From positions 168,681-232,680 of the forward strand of contig CANHGR010000001.1 of NCBI GenBank assembly GCA_947460875.1: a stretch of DNA of 64,000 nucleotides, given 5' to 3'. This stretch comes from Sphingobacteriaceae bacterium (lineage in GTDB: Bacteria > Bacteroidota > Bacteroidia > Sphingobacteriales > Sphingobacteriaceae). The notes under the pieces are model-generated. The model saw only the letters and a list, made by a program, of their open reading frames with translations. It did no database searches and was not told where the DNA came from. The position numbers and the translations under genes are program-made. Numbering within the stretch: position 1 is the first letter of the stretch; every line of letters begins with the position of its first letter. Below, piece by piece: positions 53,681-63,300 of the stretch.

Positions 53681-56320
53681 TCAATTCACTTTCTGTTCTG
53701 ATAAAAAGGTGATGAGTGAAGCGAATTCTTCATATGATAGTCCATTTGCCAGCCCGGCAGGCATCATTGAGTTGTCCATACGTTTTCGAGAAGCGATGTC
53801 TACAACTTTAATCGTAGAAATAAGTCCGCCAATATCTCTTAAGGTGATCAGTTCAGGAGTTTCTGCAGTTATAAATCCCACATAGCCTTTATTGTCTTTC
53901 GTTGCAATGCTGACAGTTGCAAAGCCTTGAGCGAGAGACTCGTTGGGTTTAAGAATAGATTCTGCAATTTTTTCCCGCGTCATAATGGCGCCAATTTGCC
54001 CAAGATACGGACCTTTTAAGGCGTCGCCTTTGTTTATGCTATGACATGCAACACAACCTTGTCTGCTTAGAAGTGCCCTGCCGGCAGTTGGATCGCCTTT
54101 TATTTTTGTCATCGCAAGTAAAACATCCTCAAGCGAAGCGCTGCCAACCTGGCCTTTCACATTTTTAATTTTTTCAAGGTCAATCGTAACTTCATTCGTA
54201 GAGGCAACAGCTTGAATCGCTTCAAACTCAGAAATCTTTAATTGGTATTTATCATTCATGGCCGTGAAGTACTCTTTTTCAAAACTGCCGGCTTTCCACT
54301 CATCCAACAGAAAGTTTTTTATATTCTCTGATTCCGTCCACTCAATGGCCCTATAGTAGGGCCCCGGAACAATTGGTTTATTATTCCACCAGAACTGCGC
54401 TTCAAAAGGAGCTTCTTTTCTATAAAGGCGTGAAAGATTGTCGATGATTTGTTTTTTCAAGCCGGCATTTGCTGTCTTCTTGTACGTATTAATTAGTCCC
54501 GATACAGCTGCTGGATCATGCATGTATCGTAAAGACCAAAGTGCAATTGTTGAGTTTTCAGTGCCGATAGCCTTCACCACAGCATCTACTGCATGTAAAC
54601 TCACTAGAGATTTTACGGCAATATGAGCAGGGATGATTGCTGGATTTGCTGTTGCATGCGGACCTTCTTTGCCTTTTGAAGGAGCAGCAAATGACGGTGG
54701 AACCTTTATTTTTAACAATGCTGATACCGCTGTAGGATTATTTAACCGTCCCATGCCGATAATTGAGGCAAGCTGAACTCGTTGAGATGCATCATTAATC
54801 CCATTTATGAAAGGTTCTAATGGAACATTTTTGCCAAGTGTCTTCCTGTCGGATAGTGCACGCAGGGCAAATTCTCTGAGGGCTTCATCTGTGCTGAGTT
54901 TTATCAAATTCGATATTCCTTCTGCTTTTGCAACCTGCGTATAGGTGTATATCCCTGCTACACGGGCATATAAGGGTAAATTTCTATCGCTCGCTATTGC
55001 CAATGAAACTCTACTCACATCTTTTGCGTCGCGACTCAGCAGTTCTTGTTGAGCGTTTAGACGGGCTACCGCGCTGCTTGATTGCAATAAATCTCCAAGT
55101 TGTTTTACAGAGAGTTTTTTCAATTCGGGAAAAGCCTTATATTTCCATTCTTTTGGGGTTGCCCTCACAATAAATCCTTTATCCGGACTGCCAGTATAGC
55201 CTGCTCCATCCCAGGCAGATAGGTAGAGACGTCCTGATCCGTCAACATCCAAATCTGTAATTTGACGAAGCTTAATAAAGTCCTCCTGTTTATGAGTATA
55301 ACTTGGACCATCAGCCGTTAAACGATTAATATATAAGCTGTTAGTGCCCCAATCTGCTGTCATTAAAACCTGATTGTACTTACTTGGCCAACTTGGTTCA
55401 TCCATGAATAGAGTTCCGCTGCTCGCACCGCCACCCAGATCAGACAACGCAGGAATAATTTCTTCTGTAAAATTTCTGAATAGGGTAGGATATCCATATT
55501 CTGCCGATTGGATTTGGTGGCTAAACCGCGTATTCCAACTTGCGCCGTTATTTGTATTATCGCGGGTAAACATGTTCATGTAGGGATCTATCGCTACGTC
55601 GTAAATATTTCTAGTTCCGTGGGTGTAAACTTCGATTTCTGTGCCATCGGGCCTAACCCGTACTATTGATCCGCCGAGTACAGTTAGTTTTGTGCCAGCG
55701 CGGTCTGTTGCTTCATGGAATCCAAAATCCCCGCAGGCTATATAAATCCAGCCATCTATACCCATACGGATGCCGTTTGACGCATGGTCTGCTCCCTGAT
55801 CTTGCAGAGCCTTTGCTGAGCAAATATTTTTGATCAAGATTTGCGAAGGCCCATCCGCTATACCGTCTTTATTCTTGTCTTCGTATACGACTAAATCCAT
55901 CCCACTTGCCTTTTTTGTGTCGGCAGAGAAGGTGCTGTGCAAGACGTACACTTTGTCGCCCATCGGTAAAATCCCACGGGGATTGTCGGCCATCGCAAAC
56001 TGTGTATGTTTATCGGCTTTTCCGTCGTTATTAGTATCCACCAGCCTTAAGACATATCCTTTACCCGCCATATGTCCAAAAGAACCTATCTGGTCTACAC
56101 CAACATACACTTCGCCGCTAGCTGCTACCGCGATACATGCCGGACTAGGAGTGATGTTACCCCATGCAAAATTGTTTACTATAAGCTCATCGGGCCAACT
56201 AATTGCATTGCTAAGCGAGTCTAAACGAACGTCTTCTTTACGATTGATATTTTTTTCATAGGATGTAAATCCAAAAAAAATCAAAAGTGAATAGATTAAA
56301 CCAAGAATAATTTTTAGCAT
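53681..56320 (-). CDS. PVC-type heme-binding CxxCH protein: dehydrogenase-like beta-propeller + HEAT-like repeats + C-terminal cytochrome c (copy 1)
   Basis: 879 aa. Signal/anchor, DHASNGIRMGIDGWIYIACGDFG, RDNTNNGASWN, a long helical middle, GCVACHS heme c site and a distal MMPAGLA. Collinear with copy 2. Confidence 0.7.
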   Translation of the reverse strand: MLKIILGLIYSLLIFFGFTSYEKNINRKEDVRLDSLSNAISWPDELIVNNFAWGNITPSPACIAVAASGEVYVGVDQIGSFGHMAGKGYVLRLVDTNNDGKADKHTQFAMADNPRGILPMGDKVYVLHSTFSADTKKASGMDLVVYEDKNKDGIADGPSQILIKNICSAKALQDQGADHASNGIRMGIDGWIYIACGDFGFHEATDRAGTKLTVLGGSIVRVRPDGTEIEVYTHGTRNIYDVAIDPYMNMFTRDNTNNGASWNTRFSHQIQSAEYGYPTLFRNFTEEIIPALSDLGGGASSGTLFMDEPSWPSKYNQVLMTADWGTNSLYINRLTADGPSYTHKQEDFIKLRQITDLDVDGSGRLYLSAWDGAGYTGSPDKGFIVRATPKEWKYKAFPELKKLSVKQLGDLLQSSSAVARLNAQQELLSRDAKDVSRVSLAIASDRNLPLYARVAGIYTYTQVAKAEGISNLIKLSTDEALREFALRALSDRKTLGKNVPLEPFINGINDASQRVQLASIIGMGRLNNPTAVSALLKIKVPPSFAAPSKGKEGPHATANPAIIPAHIAVKSLVSLHAVDAVVKAIGTENSTIALWSLRYMHDPAAVSGLINTYKKTANAGLKKQIIDNLSRLYRKEAPFEAQFWWNNKPIVPGPYYRAIEWTESENIKNFLLDEWKAGSFEKEYFTAMNDKYQLKISEFEAIQAVASTNEVTIDLEKIKNVKGQVGSASLEDVLLAMTKIKGDPTAGRALLSRQGCVACHSINKGDALKGPYLGQIGAIMTREKIAESILKPNESLAQGFATVSIATKDNKGYVGFITAETPELITLRDIGGLISTIKVVDIASRKRMDNSMMPAGLANGLSYEEFASLITFLSEQKVN

Positions 56321-56354
56321 ATAGGTACTTTCAATTGGTTTTGCTTTAGAATAA

Positions 56355-56371
56355 AGCTTATCAAATGTAAA
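56355..56371 (-). promoter_or_regulatory. conserved promoter-like 17-mer upstream of copy 1 (contains TACATTTG -7 box on the coding strand)
   Basis: AGCTTATCAAATGTAAA on the plus strand, which is TTTACATTTGATAAGCT on the minus strand. An identical 17-mer lies upstream of copy 2. The box lies about 41 nt from the ATG. Confidence 0.4.
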
Positions 56372-56413
56372 TTTTTACAATCGCATTTTAAAGCAATAGC
56401 TATCATCCGAAAT

Positions 56414-56439
56414 ACAAAAAGCCCCTTTCAGGGGCTTTT
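56414..56439 (-). terminator. rho-independent terminator downstream of copy 2
   Basis: Minus strand: AAAGCCCC-TGAAA-GGGGCTTT followed by TTTGTATTT. Confidence 0.7.
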
Positions 56440-56459
56440 ATGTGATGTTATTGTTTGTG

Positions 56460-59099
56460 TTAGTTGCCTTTCTGTTCAGACAAGAATGTAATCAGCGACG
56501 CGAATTCATCATATGATAAGGAGTTTGCAAGTCCGGTAGGCATCATTGACATTTCACCGCGCGTACGGTTCACGATATCTGATGTCTTGATCGTTGTAAC
56601 TTGTCCACCTATATCTCTCATTTTCAATAGGTCAGCAGTTTCATCTGTAACAAACCCTACATAAGTACTGCCATCTTTTTTCTGAATCATGTAAGTCGCG
56701 AAGCCTTGTGAAATCGAAGCATTTGGCTTAAGAATCGACTCGGCAATCTGTTCGCGATTCATAATAGCACCAATTTGACCAAGGAATGGCCCTTTTAAAG
56801 GGTCTCCTTTATTTACGCTATGGCAGGCAACACAACCCTGTCTGGTCAGAAGTGCTCTTCCTCTTCCGGCGTCACCCTTTAGCTTTGCCATGGCAAGCAT
56901 AATATCTTCAATTGATGACTCACCAATTTGTCCCTTTTTATTTTTTATCTTCTCAAGGTCTATCTCTTCTTCTTTCACATCGGCAATCGCCTGCACCCCA
57001 AATTCTGCAACACCTAATTGATATTTATCATTCATGTCTGTGTAGAATTGTTTTTCCGAAGGGTTAGCTTTCCACTCATTCAGCAGGAATTGTTTGATGT
57101 CTGGAGATAAGGTCCATTCAACTGCTCTGTAATACGGACCGGGGAAAGTTGGTTTTGTACTCCACCAATATTGTCCTTCGTTGGGTGCTTCTTTTTTATA
57201 AAGACGCGATAACCCTTCAAGAATCTGCTTTTTAAGTGCCGGGTTGCTTGACCGTTTATAGGCAGCAATTAATCCATCAACTACCTTAGGATCATGCATA
57301 TAACGCAAAACCCAAAGCGCCATTGTTGAATTTTCTGTTCCGATGGCACTTAATGCAGGATCAACAGCATTAAGACTTACTAGTGAGCGCATGGCGACAT
57401 GGGCGGGGATGATAGAAGCATTAGGTGTCGCATGAGGACCTTCCTTGCCTTTAGCCGGTGCTGCGAATGATGGAGGAACTTTCACATTTAGCAGTGCGGG
57501 GATGGCTGCGGGATTATCCATGCGTCCCATTGCGATGATGGATGCTACTTGCACTCGGTCTGACGCATCGGCGATCCCGTTTACAAATGGTTCAAGCGGA
57601 AGATTTTTTGCAATTGGCTTACGATCTGCTAAAGCCCGTATCGCAAATTCTCTCATGCTGCTTTCTTCAGTAAGCTTTAGAAGATTTGTTACACCGCTTG
57701 CCCCGGCTGCCTGAGCGTAAGTATACATGCCGGCTACCCGTGCGTACAATGGTAAATATTTATCGGATGCAATCTTCCATGAAGCATTGCTTGCATCTTT
57801 AGTGCCGCGACTAAGGAGTTCTTGCTGCGCATTGATTCGCGCTACTGCGCTATTTGATTTAATGAGGTCTGCAAGTTTGTTTACCGATAATTTTTTCAAG
57901 TCTGGAAACGCTTTGTATGTCCATCCCTTAGGTACTGCTCTAACGACAAAACCTTTATCTGCACTTCCGGAATAGCCTGCACCGTCCCAAGCAGAAAGGT
58001 ATAAGCGGCCGGAACCATCCACATCAAGGTCGGTTATCTGACGAAGCTTAATAAAATCCTCTTGTTTTTGAGTATAGCTGACACCGTCAGGGGACAATCG
58101 GTGGACATATAACGAGCTGGTTCCCCAATCGGCCATCATTGGCACGCGGTTATATTTTTCAGGCCATGTTGGTTCATCCATATAAAGTGATCCCGTGCTG
58201 GATCCTCCTCCAAGATCAACTAAAGCGGGAATGATTTCTTCTGTAAAAAATTTAAAAAGTAGCGGATAGCCATATTCTCCGGATTGTACTTGATGACTGA
58301 ATCGGATGTTCCAGCTAGCGCCATCATTCGTGTTATCACGGGTAAAAGTGTTCATATATGGGTCGATCGCAATATCATAGATATTACGCATACCATGGGT
58401 GTAAACCTCCATTTCGGTCCCATCAGGTCTCACCCTAACGATCGAGCCTCCTAAAACGTTGAGCGTTTTTCCAGTACGGTCAACCGCGTTATGAAATCCG
58501 AAATCGCCTGCGGCGATATAAATCCATCCGTCGATACCCATCCTAATTCCATTGGTAGAATGGTCGGTACCACGACTTACGATATATTTCGGAGAGCAAA
58601 TGTTCTGAATAAGTAATTCTGAGGGCCCGTCCGCAAGTCCGTCGTTATTTTTATCGTGGAAAACAACTAGATCCATTCCGGTAGCCAATTTTGTTTCCGC
58701 TGAAAAAACAGTGTGCAACACATATAATTTATCACCCATCGAAATGATGCCTCTAGGATTATCAACCATAGCGAATGTGGTACTCTTGTCTACTTTTCCA
58801 TCATTATTGCTATCAACAAGTTTAACAATGGAACCTCTACCGGGCGTTTTGCCCAATGATCCGATTTTGTCAACACCTACATATACTTCTCCAGTTGCGG
58901 CCACTGCTAAACAGGCCGGCGTCGGAGTAAGGTTTGACCAAGAAAAATTAGTAACGGTAAGTTCCTCTGGCCAGCTCGTAGCATTGCTAAGTGAATCAGC
59001 TAATGGAACCATCTCTATTCGATCGGTGCTCTTATTATTAAACTTAAAACCCAAAAGAATAAGGAAAGTGTAAATTAAGCTCAGTGTTATTTTAAGCAT
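56460..59099 (-). CDS. PVC-type heme-binding CxxCH protein: dehydrogenase-like beta-propeller + HEAT-like repeats + C-terminal cytochrome c (copy 2)
   Basis: 879 aa. DHSTNGIRMGIDGWIYIAAGDFG, RDNTNDGASWN, GCVACHS, MMPTGLA. Collinear with copy 1. Confidence 0.7.
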   Translation of the reverse strand: MLKITLSLIYTFLILLGFKFNNKSTDRIEMVPLADSLSNATSWPEELTVTNFSWSNLTPTPACLAVAATGEVYVGVDKIGSLGKTPGRGSIVKLVDSNNDGKVDKSTTFAMVDNPRGIISMGDKLYVLHTVFSAETKLATGMDLVVFHDKNNDGLADGPSELLIQNICSPKYIVSRGTDHSTNGIRMGIDGWIYIAAGDFGFHNAVDRTGKTLNVLGGSIVRVRPDGTEMEVYTHGMRNIYDIAIDPYMNTFTRDNTNDGASWNIRFSHQVQSGEYGYPLLFKFFTEEIIPALVDLGGGSSTGSLYMDEPTWPEKYNRVPMMADWGTSSLYVHRLSPDGVSYTQKQEDFIKLRQITDLDVDGSGRLYLSAWDGAGYSGSADKGFVVRAVPKGWTYKAFPDLKKLSVNKLADLIKSNSAVARINAQQELLSRGTKDASNASWKIASDKYLPLYARVAGMYTYAQAAGASGVTNLLKLTEESSMREFAIRALADRKPIAKNLPLEPFVNGIADASDRVQVASIIAMGRMDNPAAIPALLNVKVPPSFAAPAKGKEGPHATPNASIIPAHVAMRSLVSLNAVDPALSAIGTENSTMALWVLRYMHDPKVVDGLIAAYKRSSNPALKKQILEGLSRLYKKEAPNEGQYWWSTKPTFPGPYYRAVEWTLSPDIKQFLLNEWKANPSEKQFYTDMNDKYQLGVAEFGVQAIADVKEEEIDLEKIKNKKGQIGESSIEDIMLAMAKLKGDAGRGRALLTRQGCVACHSVNKGDPLKGPFLGQIGAIMNREQIAESILKPNASISQGFATYMIQKKDGSTYVGFVTDETADLLKMRDIGGQVTTIKTSDIVNRTRGEMSMMPTGLANSLSYDEFASLITFLSEQKGN

Positions 59100-59141
59100 A
59101 TTTTAAAAATAAAGGTTTGATAGTCGGCTTAGCGTATGATT

Positions 59142-59158
59142 AGCTTATCAAATGTAAA
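59142..59158 (-). promoter_or_regulatory. conserved promoter-like 17-mer upstream of copy 2
   Basis: The same AGCTTATCAAATGTAAA as at 56355..56371. The box lies about 50 nt from the ATG. Confidence 0.4.
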
Positions 59159-59215
59159 AGATTAGTTCCGTATTTAAAAGAAAAGCAATGAATGCTGAAT
59201 TTGAAATTTCGGCAC

Positions 59216-59250
59216 AAAAAAAAACGATCGGCAGAAGGCCGATCGTTTTT
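59216..59250 (-). terminator. rho-independent terminator downstream of fsa
   Basis: Minus strand: AAAACGATCGGCC-TTCT-GCCGATCGTTTT followed by a T-run. Confidence 0.75.
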
Positions 59251-59268
59251 ACGAAGCAAAAAGTATTG

Positions 59269-59928
59269 TTATTTGCCTGCTGCTTTTGCGTAATCTGCGA
59301 GGAAAGTGGCAAGACCACTATCTGTTAGTGGGTGTTTTAGTAAAGCTGTAATTGCCGATAATGGAGCAGTTACTACATCCGACCCAAGTTTTGCACAATT
59401 AATAATGTGCATAGGGTGACGAGCAGATGCTGCAAGGATTTGCGTAGCATATCCATAATTATCAAAAATAAGCCGGATATCTTCAATAAGCGTTAATCCA
59501 TCCGTTGCAATATCATCAAGCCTTCCAATAAAAGGTGAAACATAGGTAGCACCTGCTTTTGCTGCAAGCAACGCTTGTCCAGCAGAAAATATCAATGTAC
59601 AATTAGTCTTAATTCCTTTAGAAGTAAAATATTTTATTGCACGTACACCATCTTTAATCATTGGAACTTTTACAACGATTTTATCATCAAGCTTCGCGAG
59701 TAACTCGCCCTCTTTAATAATGTTTTCGTAATCTGTAGCAATCACTTCTGCACTTACATCGCCATCAACGATTTTGCAGATTGCTCGGTAGTGATTGATG
59801 ATGTTATCATGCCCTGTTATTCCTTCTTTGGCCATTAGGCTTGGGTTGGTAGTTACACCATCTAATACACCCAGATCATAAGCTTCCTGAATTTGTTGAA
59901 GATTTGCTGTGTCAATAAAAAATTTCAT
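59269..59928 (-). CDS. fsa: fructose-6-phosphate aldolase / type 3B transaldolase
   Basis: 219 aa. [23 protein letters not shown] (Schiff-base Lys), TNCTLIFS. Confidence 0.9.
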   Translation of the reverse strand: MKFFIDTANLQQIQEAYDLGVLDGVTTNPSLMAKEGITGHDNIINHYRAICKIVDGDVSAEVIATDYENIIKEGELLAKLDDKIVVKVPMIKDGVRAIKYFTSKGIKTNCTLIFSAGQALLAAKAGATYVSPFIGRLDDIATDGLTLIEDIRLIFDNYGYATQILAASARHPMHIINCAKLGSDVVTAPLSAITALLKHPLTDSGLATFLADYAKAAGK

Positions 59929-60003
59929 GTTGTGTTGTTTAAAAGTACCGGATAATTTTTCGGATTGGTTTAAATGTCTAGAATATCAGAATGCAAAAAA
60001 AAA

Positions 60004-60103
60004 GTGGGCAGCCCCTTCTATCGCACCGCTACAACCTTTTACCCTTGCTGCGTTCCCACCCTGGGGGAGTTCAAAGGGAGCTGGTCGTAAAAGACTTACC
60101 CAC
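60004..60103 (-). ncRNA. ffs: signal recognition particle RNA (small bacterial SRP / 4.5S-like)
   Basis: Minus strand reads GTGGGTAAGTC...CCAGCTCCCTTTGAACTCCCCCAGGGTGGGAACGCAGCAAGGGTAAAAGG...AAGGGGCTGCCCAC TTTTTTTTT. CAGG-(GNRA loop GGGA)-GCAGCAAGG parallels the E. coli domain IV CCAGGUCAGGUCCGGAAGGAAGCAGCCAAGG. The 5' GTGGG pairs with the 3' CCCAC, and CAGCTCCCTT pairs with AAGGGGCTG. A T-run follows and a TAnnTTTG box sits just upstream. Boundaries are approximate. Confidence 0.7.
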
Positions 60104-60106
60104 TCG

Positions 60107-60114
60107 CAAAAATA
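60107..60114 (-). promoter_or_regulatory. candidate -7 promoter box (TAnnTTTG) for the SRP RNA
   Basis: Minus strand TATTTTTG is followed by CGA and then the GTGGG 5' end of the predicted RNA. Confidence 0.4.
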
Positions 60115-60393
60115 CGAAAAAATGTGAATTCATGTAATGATTCAGCGCATAAAGACAAAATTTTGCCGAGTAGCCGATGAGCCAAACTTAATTTTGTAGT
60201 ATAGCATTTCGGCAGAACATAAATCAATAGATTACGATATTGGTATTTTATTATCTGTTTAATTGGCATTGTATTAAAAAAGCACTGTTTTAAAAGCTAA
60301 TAATTAATAAAATTCAAAAATTTGTTGCAGCTATTTAATTCTACAGCTCAAATTGCTATTTTCGTGCTTCACATCGATATACAATTTTTACAT

Positions 60394-63300
60394 TTGATAA
60401 AGCAAGAAACAGATACGGAACAGCAGGGATTGTACCGTCCTGAGTTTGAACACGACTCATGCGGTGTAGGGTTTATTACAAATATCAACGGACATAAAGC
60501 CTCTGATATCATTGGAGACGCCCTTACAATTCTTGAGAACATGGAACACAGGGGCGCATGCGGCTGTGATTCTGATAGTGGTGATGGTGCAGGGATATTG
60601 TTTCAACTTCCACATGAATTCTTTCTGGATGAATGTGTCGCCTTAAATATAAGGCTCCCAGAGCCTGGTCATTATGGAGTCGGGATGGTCGCGTTCCCAA
60701 AAGAAGAAACCGTAAAGGAAGCTTGTAGGAATGCAATTGAAGAGTCTGCCGCTAAGCTTGGATTGAAAATTTTGGGTTTCAGAAAAGTGCCAGTTAATCG
60801 TGCACCAATTGGGCTTACTGCTCTGGAAGCGGAACCGGATATGGAACAAGTTTTTGTTGCTCGGTCTTCCAATGTTACAAATACAGATGATTTTGAACGT
60901 AAATTATATGTCCTAAGAAGGTTGATTTTTAAGACGGTTAGGGCCGATGTAAAGAATTCTGATTTATTTTATTTTTCTTCTCTGTCTTGCCGGATAATAG
61001 TTTACAAGGGCCAGCTTACCACTTTTCAAGTGCGTACGTACTTTCCTGATCTCTCCAGCAAAAAACTTACCTCTGCATTCGGAATGGTGCACTCCCGTTT
61101 TTCTACCAATACGTTCCCATCCTGGAAACTAGCGCAGCCATTTAGGATCATGGCTCATAATGGTGAGATAAATACGTTAACGGGCAATTTGAATTGGTTT
61201 TATTCGGGATTAAAATCGTATGCTTCAGCCTATTTCACGGAGGAAGAGATGGAAATCATTTTACCAGTGGTCGATTCTAATCAATCTGATTCAGCTTGTT
61301 TAGATAATGTCGTTGAAATTTTGCTTCATGCCGGACGCTCTCTTCCGCATGTGATGATGATGTTGGTTCCGGAAGCTTGGGATGGAAATGAACAAATGGA
61401 TCCTCTGAAAAAGGTGTTCTATGAGTTTCACGCGACATTAATGCAGCCTTGGGACGGACCGGCGGCACTGAATTTTACCGATGGTAGAATTATTGGTGCA
61501 ATGCTTGACCGTAACGGATTACGCCCTTTGCGCTATCTCATCACAGACAAGCAAGTTATTGTAGCATCTGAAGCAGGCGCTTTAAGCATCGATGAAAGTA
61601 CAATTATTACCAAAGGACGATTGCAACCAGGTAAGATGTTCCTCGTTGATATAGTCGAAGGAAAAGTTATTACCGATGATGAGATCAAAATAAAGATTGC
61701 TTCGCAACAGCCTTATGGCCAATGGCTTGAAAACTACAAGATTCGTCTTGAAGAACTTCCGGAGCCCCGCGTCGCGTTTACAGATCTTTCCAAGGACTCT
61801 ATTTTTAAGTACCAGCAGGTGTTTAGTTATACCCGTGAAGATATAGAGAATATCATTCAGCCCATGGCCCTTGATGGTAAAGAGCCCGTTGGTTCCATGG
61901 GAACAGATGTGCCATTAGCAGTTCTTTCTGATCGGCCACAGCACTTGTCGAGCTATTTCAAACAGTTCTTTGCGCAAGTTACAAATCCTCCGATAGATCC
62001 TATTCGCGAACGATTGGTGATGAGTCTCGCTACTTTTATTGGCGGGAAAGGCAACCTGCTCGATGAAGACAAGATGCATTGTCACTGCGTTACGTTACAG
62101 CATCCTATTCTGAACGACTATGAGTTAGAAAAATTACGCAGTATTGATACAGGCATGTTTCAAGCGAAATCCCTGCAGACTTATTTCAGGGCAGACGGGC
62201 AAGCAGGATCTCTTAAAAAAGGAATAGATCGACTTTGTAGGTACGCTGAAGATGCGGTAAACGATGGTTTTGAGGTTTTAATCTTGACAGACCGTGCGAT
62301 AGATTCTGAACATGCGCCTATCCCTTCTTTATTAGCTGTTTCTGCGGTACATCACTACCTGATAAAAAAGGGTTTGCGTGGTTCGGTGGGCTTAGTTGTT
62401 GAGGCTGGCGATATTTGGGAAATTCATCATTTTGCATGTTTGCTTGCTTTTGGCGCAACCGCGATAAATCCCTATTTGGCTCTTTCTACAATCAAGGACC
62501 TAAAAGCTTCCAACAGGCTGGATACATCCTTAGAATTCAAATACTTATCCAAGAACTATATTAAAGCGGTTTGCGATGGACTATTGAAGATATTCTCGAA
62601 AATGGGAATTTCGACACTTCAGTCTTATCATGGATCACAGATTTTTGAGATTTTAGGCTTAAATCAAGATGTTGTAGACAACTACTTTACTGGAGCGGTA
62701 ACTCGAATCGGTGGTCTAAGTTTAGAGGAAATTGCAAAAGAAATACTTTATAAGCACAAGCACGGATTTGGATCGAATCCCGATAAGGAACTTCTTCCCG
62801 AGGGTGGCATTTATCAGTGGAAACGAAGAGGCGAAGCGCATTTGTTCAACCCGCAAACTGTACACTTATTGCAGCATGCAACTCGCAGCGGAAATTATGA
62901 TGTGTATAAAAGCTACGCGAAACTGATCAACGATCAGGATGAGAAAATGTATACGTTACGTGGTTTATTTGATTTCGCCCATCATTCTGATCCGGTACCA
63001 ATTGATGAAGTAGAACCGATTGAAGCAATAATGAAACGTTTTGCTACCGGCGCGATGTCTTTTGGCTCTATCTCTCACGAAGCTCATAGTACTTTAGCTA
63101 TCGCTATGAACCGCATCGGAGGTAGAAGCAATACTGGTGAAGGTGGCGAAGATGAAATTCGTTACGAAGTTCTACCAAACGGCGATTCGATGCGCTCATC
63201 CATTAAGCAGGTAGCTTCCGGAAGATTTGGTGTTACTTCAAATTATTTAACGAACGCAGATGAGTTGCAGATAAAAATGGCTCAGGGTGCGAAACCTGGT

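Noticed and set aside
55830-56261. 143-aa plus-strand ORF antisense to paralogue copy 1, mirrored by a 120-aa ORF (58711..59073) antisense to copy 2
   Set aside because: The apparent conservation of the two antisense ORFs follows simply from the paralogy of the sense genes. Their sequences are low-complexity (Ser/Leu/Pro-rich), with no start context or motifs. I treat them as spurious.
59909-60127. 72-aa plus-strand ORF in the fsa/gltB intergenic region
   Set aside because: It overlaps the predicted SRP RNA on the opposite strand and the 5' end of fsa. There is no coding signal, so it is spurious.
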